Positions 19,094 to 26,785 of a stretch of 32,000 bases of DNA are shown piece by piece (position 1 is the stretch's first letter; every line of letters begins with the position of its first letter). The stretch is taken from the NCBI GenBank assembly GCA_045430345.1, contig JAILXT010000006.1:97296-129295 (forward strand). Reading direction: 5' to 3'. Source of the DNA: Agarilytica sp. Lineage in GTDB: Bacteria > Pseudomonadota > Gammaproteobacteria > Pseudomonadales > Cellvibrionaceae. A program made the position numbers and the translations under genes. The notes beneath the pieces are model-generated. The model was given only the letters and a program-made list of their open reading frames with translations. It searched no databases and was not told the DNA's origin.

Positions 19094-19651
19094 TTGACCT
19101 TAGAACTAAATTCGTTTTGCGATACCCGAAAACGCAAAATCAAAAGAGACAAACTGATAAACAAAAATTATAGCGATATAAAAAAATCGCTAACCCTACT
19201 AAACAGATCACTTTCGCGACTTTCCAAAAATAGGGAATGGTTATCTGACAGTACCTATAAACTATATATCGATCACGAAGGTATAGAACCGACCCAGTCT
19301 TTCACTCTTAGAGACATCTCAAATCACTTACAATGCTGCCTCCCTAAAAAACCCACCCACATAGAAAGCAAGCATATCAAGGCCCTCTTTGAAAGTATTC
19401 GATGGAGCTGTGAAAAAGCGATTCCCAATATCCGATGGTATACCCGATCCGGGTATACCAATGAAATCACAAGCCCCTTTTTTCAAATTTGTAAATTTCT
19501 AGCGCAAAAAATAGCCCCTAAACTAAGTGACGAAACCTACTCAAAATACATTCAGAACACTGTTAAACCCAATACCAAAGCTATGGAAAGAGCGCGAAAC
19601 AGGAAGAAACTTTCACCCGAAGCGGATTTTTATGAATTACTAAAGGAATAG
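19094..19651 (+). CDS. Hypothetical protein (orphan), basic N-terminus
   Basis: 185-aa ORF between int and alpA on the same strand. I recognise no motif. Only a TTG start is available, there is no SD, and there is no ATG before residue ~160. The frame is open from the codon after the integrase stop. Confidence 0.45.
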   Translation: MTLELNSFCDTRKRKIKRDKLINKNYSDIKKSLTLLNRSLSRLSKNREWLSDSTYKLYIDHEGIEPTQSFTLRDISNHLQCCLPKKPTHIESKHIKALFESIRWSCEKAIPNIRWYTRSGYTNEITSPFFQICKFLAQKIAPKLSDETYSKYIQNTVKPNTKAMERARNRKKLSPEADFYELLKE

Positions 19652-19728
19652 CTAAATCTTCCAAGGTAAAAAAAATACAATTATCCAATAATTATCTACC
19701 TTATCCATAGTGCCGATTGGGTAATATA

Positions 19729-19775
19729 TTTCATAGCGTCTTCCATCTAACCAAGGAGTATAAGACGCTATGAAA
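19729..19775 (+). promoter_or_regulatory. 14-bp perfect inverted repeat enclosing the SD and start codon of the alpA-like gene
   Basis: TTTCATAGCGTCTT (19729-19742) and AAGACGCTATGAAA (19762-19775) are perfect reverse complements. The 19-nt spacer contains AAGGAG. The right arm contains the ATG at 19770. Confidence 0.6.
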
Positions 19776-20042
19776 CACTATCTTAAACTAATCCGAAAAC
19801 CCGAAGTTCTTGAACAAACTGGCTACAGTGACTCAACGCTCTACAGCAGAATAAATCAAGGAATGTTCGTTCCGCCAGTTTCCCTTGGCGAAAGAGCAGT
19901 TGCATGGATTTCAATAGAGGTCGACGCTCTATTAACTGCACTTGCCGCCGGAAAGCCAAAACATGAGATAAAACTTATTGTCACGGAATTGATTCTCGCT
20001 CGGGAACTTCGATTTAACCAACTAAAGGAGGCTAACAAATGA
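19770..20042 (+). CDS. alpA: AlpA-family (Phage_AlpA / MerR-type HTH) transcriptional regulator/excisionase-like protein
   Basis: 90 aa. LIRKPEVLEQTGYSDSTLYSRINQGMFVPPVSLGERAVAWISIEVDALL matches the AlpA HTH pattern. The stop overlaps the next ATG (ATGA at 20039-20042). Confidence 0.85.
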   Translation: MKHYLKLIRKPEVLEQTGYSDSTLYSRINQGMFVPPVSLGERAVAWISIEVDALLTALAAGKPKHEIKLIVTELILARELRFNQLKEANK

Positions 20043-22348
20043 AGGAACTTCCAAAAGCACTAGAGCCTCTAGCGGCATATGACCAATTCATATTGTGGAA
20101 AAAAGCACCAAAGAATGGGAAAACAACAAAAATACCTATTCATTATTCAAACGGCCAAAATATAGATTCGACCAACTCTACAAACTGGACATCTTCGACA
20201 ACCGCCCTAGCTGTTGCAGATACAGTAAATACTAGCATCCCCTATACCTATGGTATCGGATTTACGTTTACTGATAACGATCCATTCTGGTTTCTCGACA
20301 TCGATAACTGCCGAGAAGCCGATGGATCCTGGTCTCCACTTTCTTTAGATCTTCTTAATCGGCTCAGTGGTGCCGCAGTTGAAGTATCTCAAAGTGGAAA
20401 TGGCCTTCATATATTTGGCACGGGGGAGGTGCCTAAACATGCCTGTAAAAACACCAAATTAGGTCTCGAACTATATACAGAAAAAAGATTTGTAGCCCTT
20501 ACGGGACAGGAAACAACAGGGTGCGCTAACTACGATCACACCGACAATATAGCCGACATCGTTTCAGAATACTTTCCTAGAAACCATACGGTAAACACAC
20601 AACCGACCTCAAAAGACTGGACTAAGAAACCCGTGTCAGAATGGACGGGGCCTCAAGATGACCAAGAACTTATTGAAAAAATGCTAACATCAAAAGGCAC
20701 CAGCTCTGCATTCAGAAACGGAGCCTCCCTTCGTGATTTGTGGGAAGGAAATTCCGATGCTCTCAGCAACGCATACCCTAGCGACAGTGATCAACCCTTT
20801 GATCGAAGCAGCGCTGACCTGGCCCTTTGCCTTCGCCTCGCTTTTTGGACAGGGAAAAACTGTGAACGCATAGATCGCCTATTCAGATTATCTGGACTTA
20901 ACAGAGACAAATGGGAAACCCGAGGGGACTATAGAGTTAGGACCATTGTAAAGGCCATCAGCCTTTGTGCTGATGTGTACAGTAATACCGCCGTTGGATC
21001 CGACGATTTATCACAATGCATATACGTCAGAAACGTTGATAGAGTTCTTGTGCCCGATGGTGAACTCATCGACGAACGACGCTTTAATGCCACATACGGA
21101 GGCACAAACCACACGATACTTGGAGATACCCAATGTCGGAATATATGGAAACTATTCAATATTCGCCAATCTGCATCGAATCTATGGGTCCACGGAACAT
21201 GTTTTCGCCCCAGTCTAAAATTTCTCACCATGATTTACGAAGACGATAAACGCCTGATCAACGTTTATCGGCCCCTTGGTGGCAGACAAGCTCCCGGAAG
21301 CGTAGAACCCTTTATGACCCATGTAAGAAAAATACTGCCGCTGGAAACAGACCAGGAGATATTTCTATCATATCTAGCAGCCTGCATTCAAAATATAGGG
21401 GAGAAATTTCAATGGTGTGTATTACTTCAAGGAACTGAAGGCGTAGGTAAAACTCTATTCTTTAATATACTCTCTTACGCTATTGGCCACCGCTACACCC
21501 ACCTCCCCAACGCTTCAGATTTAACTAATTGCTTCAATTCTTGGATTGAAAATAAATTGATTATCTGCATTGAAGAGTTGCGAACATCAGGAAAGAAAGA
21601 TGTCGCTGAAGCACTGAAAACAATGATCACTAACAAACAGGTCGAAATCCATAGCAAAGGAAAAGACCAAAGAATTGGGGATAATTGTGCAAACTTTATT
21701 ATCTTCAGCAACCATAAAGACGCTGTATTGAAAACTAAAGACGACAGGCGATACTGTGTGTTTTTCGCAGCCCAGCAAGAAGCCTCTGACCTAATAAGAG
21801 ACGATATGGACGAGCAGTATTTCCAGAGGCTACATGAATGGCTGAAAAACGACGGATACGCTTACGTTTCCCACTACCTCGCCAATAGGGAGATAAACAT
21901 CAACACAAACGGTCGAGCACCGCAAACAAGCAGTACACTCGACGCAATAAACTCGTCACGAGGACTAGCCGAACAACTTATTCTAGATTCTATCGATTCT
22001 GAAGAAGCCGGTTTTAAATTCGATTTGGTATCAGTAACAAATGTAAAAGCTATGCTGCTTAGCAATGGACTAAAGGTTTCGAGTCAAGCTATATCCACGT
22101 CGCTCCGAAACCTAGGCTACATAAAACACCCCGCACTCGAAAAAAGCGATGGAAAAATCACCATTAATGGCGATCGCCAACGAATTTATGTGAAGAGACA
22201 AAGCACTGCAGCAACAGTTTCTAACCCTGAAGACATTATTAAAATATGTGAAAAATCACTAGCTCACACAAGGTCCAGAAACGCTTTTTTGTCCGAATCA
22301 CACCATCCTCCGGACACTCTAAAATACAGTAATCATCGCACCATATAA
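20039..22348 (+). CDS. Replication protein: AEP PrimPol domain + PriCT-2 + SF3 (P4-alpha/D5-like) helicase
   Basis: 769 aa. PrimPol motifs are FLDIDN (DxD), SQSGNGLHIF and RFVALTG. The PriCT-2-like segment reads DQELIEKML...SSADLALCLRLAFWTGKNCERIDRLFRLSGL. Walker A is QGTEGVGKT and Walker B is LIICIEEL. A strong SD (AAGGAGG) lies 8 nt upstream. Confidence 0.88.
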   Translation: MKELPKALEPLAAYDQFILWKKAPKNGKTTKIPIHYSNGQNIDSTNSTNWTSSTTALAVADTVNTSIPYTYGIGFTFTDNDPFWFLDIDNCREADGSWSPLSLDLLNRLSGAAVEVSQSGNGLHIFGTGEVPKHACKNTKLGLELYTEKRFVALTGQETTGCANYDHTDNIADIVSEYFPRNHTVNTQPTSKDWTKKPVSEWTGPQDDQELIEKMLTSKGTSSAFRNGASLRDLWEGNSDALSNAYPSDSDQPFDRSSADLALCLRLAFWTGKNCERIDRLFRLSGLNRDKWETRGDYRVRTIVKAISLCADVYSNTAVGSDDLSQCIYVRNVDRVLVPDGELIDERRFNATYGGTNHTILGDTQCRNIWKLFNIRQSASNLWVHGTCFRPSLKFLTMIYEDDKRLINVYRPLGGRQAPGSVEPFMTHVRKILPLETDQEIFLSYLAACIQNIGEKFQWCVLLQGTEGVGKTLFFNILSYAIGHRYTHLPNASDLTNCFNSWIENKLIICIEELRTSGKKDVAEALKTMITNKQVEIHSKGKDQRIGDNCANFIIFSNHKDAVLKTKDDRRYCVFFAAQQEASDLIRDDMDEQYFQRLHEWLKNDGYAYVSHYLANREININTNGRAPQTSSTLDAINSSRGLAEQLILDSIDSEEAGFKFDLVSVTNVKAMLLSNGLKVSSQAISTSLRNLGYIKHPALEKSDGKITINGDRQRIYVKRQSTAATVSNPEDIIKICEKSLAHTRSRNAFLSESHHPPDTLKYSNHRTI

Positions 22349-22490
22349 TAGTATCGGTCCGACTGTCCAGTGTCATTAACGTAGAAAAAACCACTAACAG
22401 TTAAAGAAAATATCGAAAACAAAATGCTTGGACACCGGACAATATAGATACCAAAAACATAAAATACGCTAATTATTTCGTTAAAAAAGA

Positions 22491-22501
22491 GGGGGGGGGG
22501 G
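22491..22501 (+). repeat. Homopolymeric G11 tract 4 nt upstream of the ORF 22506 start codon
   Basis: The sequence reads AAAAAAGA-GGGGGGGGGGG-TAAC-ATG. The tract occupies the SD position of the downstream ORF. Confidence 0.95.
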
Positions 22502-22505
22502 TAAC

Positions 22506-23111
22506 ATGGGCGGCATTGGAAGTGGGAGATATTGGCGTCAGTCTAAAAAGCGTACCACCGATACTCTCCGAATAATTGACATACGTGAATGGGAAAAAAA
22601 AGGGCTACTCCGTTGTGACTCAGCTTTTGTGTGGCACTGGCTTCATGAAGGAAAAACCCATAACTCGATTCTCGTAACTATCAAAAAAAACTGCCTAGTC
22701 TTGTCTTATCGATATTCCAACCTATCTAATACCCACATTGAAAAGCAATACTCTATTGAAACGTCATGGACAAAATGTAATTTCGGGTCAAAACGACCAT
22801 GGTTTATATGCCCTACAAAGAACTGTACGCACCGTGTGGCCATTCTTTACCACAATGAACTATTCGCGTGTCGCCACTGCCACAACTTAGCGTATTCGAG
22901 TCAGCGAGAAGGATCCGGGGATAGAGCCGCAAGAAGAGTAAATAAGATACGCCAGCAATTAGAGTGGGATTGCGGGGTTTTCAATTCTTACCTCAGATAT
23001 AAACCACTCGGGATGAGCCAGGAGAAGTTCGAGACATTAGTACAGAAACATGACTACAATATGACTGTTGCTCTCACGTGTATATATGCTCAAATCAGCC
23101 CGCCCAAATAG
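22506..23111 (+). CDS. Hypothetical protein with C-terminal Cys4 zinc-ribbon (orphan)
   Basis: 201 aa. The N-terminus is glycine-rich (MGGIGSGRYW). The ribbon reads CPTKNC-x17-CRHC followed by AYSSQRE. I recall similar unnamed proteins (MGGxGSG...CxxC...YxSQ) on mobile elements, but no function. Confidence 0.6.
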   Translation: MGGIGSGRYWRQSKKRTTDTLRIIDIREWEKKGLLRCDSAFVWHWLHEGKTHNSILVTIKKNCLVLSYRYSNLSNTHIEKQYSIETSWTKCNFGSKRPWFICPTKNCTHRVAILYHNELFACRHCHNLAYSSQREGSGDRAARRVNKIRQQLEWDCGVFNSYLRYKPLGMSQEKFETLVQKHDYNMTVALTCIYAQISPPK

Positions 23112-23479
23112 ATTCTCAGTCAGACTTGATCAGACACTTTTCTCAATAAGGCACGATCTGATATGACAGACCGCTCTTTCCACTAAGCGGAAGTTTGTAA
23201 AAAATAAGATGGCTCATAACTCTGCCGTGCTCGACCGTCCGAGTTCGGCCATAAGAGGATATTTAGTTCGAGCATTTCCTCATCGGCCTACACTACAAAC
23301 ATCCAATCGGCAATGCTCTAAACCCCGACAGAAAACAAATGCGTATTACACCGTGAGCAGGTGGCGCCCCAGTTTCTTTTTGTAGCCATTCATTTTTACA
23401 CATCGCGCACTGGTGCCTTTTTGGGCTCGACTGTTGGCATAGGCTCGGCGACATCCACCGGTGCTCGATCTAGATATTC

Positions 23480-24371
23480 GACTTCAAAACATGAATCATT
23501 ACCTTCATCAATGCCCACTGGATCACTCCAGGGCTATTGGATGGGCGACACTGATGAGATGATTCACTCTATTGGCTTGGGTTTGGTATCCCAACCCTGC
23601 GAATTGACCCAGGTTGCAATACCACGCCGCAACGAATGACTCGTGAATAAATCGGCGTCAACGATGTCGGCTTTCTCGCAACATCGTTTGAGAATATTGA
23701 TGACACTGGCCGGATGTAGGGCCTCCCCAGCGATTAATTGTGCGGAATACAGGCCCGGTGTTCAACTGCTCAATGTGAATCCAATCAAGATAAGCCGCGA
23801 CCAGACACAGCCTCTCCAATGCGGGAGTTTTGTACCGTCGCCCCAAGCCTGAGTGATCAACTTTACTGCGAGCCACAAAAAATTCCATTCCTATACCTGG
23901 TAGCACCTGTATATGCTCTATAAGCTGTGATAATTCGTCACTCCTAAAGGCGCGCCAGAACCCAATTAATAGTAAGGCTTGTCTCGGCTAGATTGAAGGT
24001 GAGAAGCTAAAGGGTCTGTAGTTATTGATTGATCAAGCACATCAATTATCTGTGCGAGCCTTTCAAGCTGAATAGGTTTGGCTTGTTTTTGTTGGTGAGG
24101 ATGAAGCTCAGCAACACCTTTTTGATATACGGCACTTTGGTCGGGTCAGGAAAACCCTGCTCGTTAGCCATTCTGAGAGTACGGCCAATCGCTGCTTAAG
24201 TGTGCCCACCACAAGCGTCGGTGCGAAATGCGCTATATAGGAAGCAACGTTATCAGCTGCAGCTGGCAGAAAACCGCCACATACATCTTTGTAGTGTTCG
24301 ATGGCTGCACGGCAGCTTTTGCGAGTATTTTCACGAGTAGCGGCGCGGATATAATTTTCAACATTAGACAA
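23480..24371 (-). pseudogene. Decayed tyrosine recombinase (Cre/XerD-like integrase), multiple frameshifts and stops; lower boundary approximate
   Basis: Minus-strand fragments in three frames read colinearly:
- (TTG)SNVENYIRAATRENTRKSCRAAIEHYKDVCGGFLPAAADNVASYIAHF...LKQRLAVLSEW
- NEQGFPDPTKVPYIKKVL
- KQAKPIQLERLAQIIDVLDQ...SSRDK
- ALLLIGFWRAFRSDELSQLIEHIQVLPGIGMEFFVARSKVDHSGLGRRYKTPALERLCLVAAYLDWI...GPVFRTINRWGG
- EALHPASVINILKRCCEKADIVDADLFTSHSLRRGIATWVNSQGWDTK
The C-terminal Tyr region is not recoverable. Confidence 0.8.
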
Positions 24372-24381
24372 ATTCTATTCT

Positions 24382-25656
24382 CTAAATATTTTTAATTTTG
24401 TCACTGTACGCTTGATTAAGAATTTTCATTATTTTAATAGAAACATCATTACTATTTAAAATACTCACATGATCTTCATAATACCCCATCACTATTTCTG
24501 CCTCCTCCTGAGCTTGAAGTGAGAGTTGACTTTGCAGAGTTACAGTTCCATCGGAGTTTGAACGCCCCATTATTCCGCCTCCTTTACCTTTATGACTGAA
24601 AAGTAAGTAATAATTCATATGGCTTGGTAAGGGCTGTTCATGCAGCGATGTTAAATACGGGCTACTCGGCACCATATCAAACCACGACGGCACTGCAACC
24701 GGTGCATGCCTGACCCCCTGACTCGCGGCATTATGACCAAGCCAAGGTGTCGAAACGGTTATGAACGTATCGATAAACGCATTTGCATTGCCACGGGCTT
24801 GTTGTTCATTAATGAATCCACGGGAAACCAGCCCTCCCATACTATGAGCGATAACGACCATGTTTTTAAAATCATATGTCGCTTTCAACTCGTTTACAGA
24901 CTGACTTAACGACTGGCTTAGTAAACCAAGCCGCATACCCGAGGGGTACTGCACAATCCAAGGCTGAAAGCGCTCACGATTTAACTGTTCAATGAGATAT
25001 AGCCAATCATGACCTGATCCACTAATACCGTGAACAAATAATACTGGAATCTTATTGTTGTCAAACGGTTCAAGAAAATAGATGCCACTGTGGCCTTGGA
25101 GGTGAAACTTTACGGGTTCCCACATTCCCAAAGGACCAAGTTTTTGCTTAAACACAGAGACATCGACCACTTCTCCGAATTTGGCTTGATTAAAATTAAC
25201 TGGCTTATGTATTTCTCCGGGAACAAATAATGCTGGCAATTCTTTTTTTGCTGTAGCAGGATCACGGAGCTCGATGGATAAATCAGAATAAATTTTCCCG
25301 GGCGTACCCACTATAAGGCTTGGTGAGCCGTACCAGCCAACGCGCTCGTCTTCCTGGAGAGTAAAATCTTGATTAACATCTTCAAAGGCTAATAAGTAGT
25401 ATTTTCCCTCCGGGGCGGAAAAAGAAAACTCGCTGTCTCCGTAAACAACAGAATAAGATTGCAAGTGGTATTTACCATCCTCCAACCGACTTAACGTAAC
25501 AACTATGGGTGAAGTGTTAATATTTGTAAGTTGAATTTTTCCAGAGAAGGAGGTCGCGGCATTCAACTGTTTTACATCTTCGCCAAGCCCAACAAACATA
25601 CAGCCGTTAATAAGTAAAATCAGGGTGAAAAACGCCGCTTTTCGTACTAACATCAT
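24382..25656 (-). CDS. Exported alpha/beta-hydrolase lipoprotein (lipase/esterase, PGAP1-like)
   Basis: 424 aa. Signal peptide plus lipobox reads MMLVRKAAFFTLILLINGC. A ~190-aa N-terminal domain of unknown type follows. The hydrolase core has VLFVHGISGSGHDW and the nucleophile elbow VVIAHSMGGLVSRGF (GxSxG). Confidence 0.8.
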   Translation of the reverse strand: MMLVRKAAFFTLILLINGCMFVGLGEDVKQLNAATSFSGKIQLTNINTSPIVVTLSRLEDGKYHLQSYSVVYGDSEFSFSAPEGKYYLLAFEDVNQDFTLQEDERVGWYGSPSLIVGTPGKIYSDLSIELRDPATAKKELPALFVPGEIHKPVNFNQAKFGEVVDVSVFKQKLGPLGMWEPVKFHLQGHSGIYFLEPFDNNKIPVLFVHGISGSGHDWLYLIEQLNRERFQPWIVQYPSGMRLGLLSQSLSQSVNELKATYDFKNMVVIAHSMGGLVSRGFINEQQARGNANAFIDTFITVSTPWLGHNAASQGVRHAPVAVPSWFDMVPSSPYLTSLHEQPLPSHMNYYLLFSHKGKGGGIMGRSNSDGTVTLQSQLSLQAQEEAEIVMGYYEDHVSILNSNDVSIKIMKILNQAYSDKIKNI

Positions 25657-25685
25657 CTTTTATTCGCTTATATTTAATGGTGAAA

Positions 25686-26723
25686 CTACATACGCCAAGC
25701 AACTGTGATAGTTCCATATTGTGTTAAATTTTCGAGTGTCTTTTCGGTGTCACCACTTTGAATAATATTAGAATCGTTGATAGCAAAAGTTAGCGAAAAA
25801 TCTTGCCAAGAGTAGGCGAAGCCTGCGGTCAAGCCGATATATTCATGATCGTAGTCGATTGATCGGCTATCACGGAACGTATTACCATCTGTAAAAATTT
25901 GGTTGAAAACGTAGCCTGCCTGAATACCGCCGTAAATATACCAACCGCCATTAACAGCGCTTGGATTAGTAGTACGCGAACTATTAAACAATGTCGTTGC
26001 GTAAGAGCTGATTAAGCCTCGACCATAACGAATGGTCATTCCAGTACTAATAGAGCTTTGAATTGTACCCAGACTCAAATCAGTATTGGTTAAAAAATCA
26101 AAACGACCTGAATTGGATGCCCATGTTCTCCATGTTCTTCCGCGAGATAGCTGAAAAACCAATTCATTTTCTAGTTGCGTATCCCACCCTTGAGGCTCAT
26201 CTGCACTAATAATTTCATGGACAAATTTCTGTGCCTCTTCGCCTAAAGCTGCTGGACCAACAACACCAATAGTGGTGCTTACGCGATCTGCATGATCGGG
26301 AGTAACAGCCACATAAGTATTGGTGAGAGCAAGAAGCGCTGAATACGGAAGTTCGTTTTCATCGGGAACAACGATATTAATGTCGCTGGGGGTACTCATG
26401 GTTTGCCCAAACATATAAGCATTTACTGCTCCCTTTATATCACCACTAGGCATACTCCACATCAGTGGTGCCACCCAGAAATCATGGGTAGGTAAATCTT
26501 TGGAAGAAATGTCCCCAACATCAAAAAAAGATACGTAAAGACCATTGGTATAACCATTGTCATTGCCCACAAAGAGATCATTATCCAAAGTCACCGAAAC
26601 CCAGTCATTTTCCGCTTGCGACGGAGTCGCCATGACTAGAAAGAAGCATGGTATTAAAATAGTTTTTATTTTTGATCCAAGAAATATTTTACTGTAAATC
26701 CTAGCGACACAACTTACATTCAT
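25686..26723 (-). CDS. LpxR-family (DUF2219) outer-membrane protein, putative lipid A 3'-O-deacylase
   Basis: ORF track 25686-26738 uses a TTG start; the ATG at 26723 is likelier. The signal peptide ends ...VMATPSQA/ENDW. The N-terminal motif VTLDNDLFVGNDNGYTNGLYVSF matches the family pattern DND-F...D..YTNG. The remainder is beta-rich with alternating residues. Confidence 0.6.
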   Translation of the reverse strand: MNVSCVARIYSKIFLGSKIKTILIPCFFLVMATPSQAENDWVSVTLDNDLFVGNDNGYTNGLYVSFFDVGDISSKDLPTHDFWVAPLMWSMPSGDIKGAVNAYMFGQTMSTPSDINIVVPDENELPYSALLALTNTYVAVTPDHADRVSTTIGVVGPAALGEEAQKFVHEIISADEPQGWDTQLENELVFQLSRGRTWRTWASNSGRFDFLTNTDLSLGTIQSSISTGMTIRYGRGLISSYATTLFNSSRTTNPSAVNGGWYIYGGIQAGYVFNQIFTDGNTFRDSRSIDYDHEYIGLTAGFAYSWQDFSLTFAINDSNIIQSGDTEKTLENLTQYGTITVAWRM

Positions 26724-26785
26724 TTTTAAATTTCCCAAGTTTGCAACACAGACAAGTCACTAATCAATTCGAGATATACTTCAGC

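Larger units (their letters stand above)
17651..23111 (+). mobile_element. CP4-57/P4-like integrative element inserted at the 3' end of ssrA (right boundary not identified)
   Basis: The integrase gene starts 164 nt after the tmRNA CCA end. It is followed by an int - ORF - alpA - primase/helicase module, all on the plus strand. E. coli shows the same ssrA-intA-...-alpA arrangement in prophage CP4-57. I could not find a direct repeat of the ssrA 3' end, so the end coordinate is provisional. Confidence 0.75.

Noticed and set aside
23236-23262. Possible attR: GTGCTCGACCGTCCGAGTTCGGCC compared with the tmRNA 3' segment GTGCTGACGGACGGGGGTTCAACTCC
   Set aside because: By-eye identity is only roughly 60%, with gaps. 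There is no T-loop and no CCACCA end. It cannot be distinguished from chance without a proper alignment.
23361-23923. Plus-strand ORFs 23361-23639, 23643-23852 and 23738-23923
   Set aside because: They lie antisense to the colinear integrase-pseudogene fragments and have no motifs or SD.
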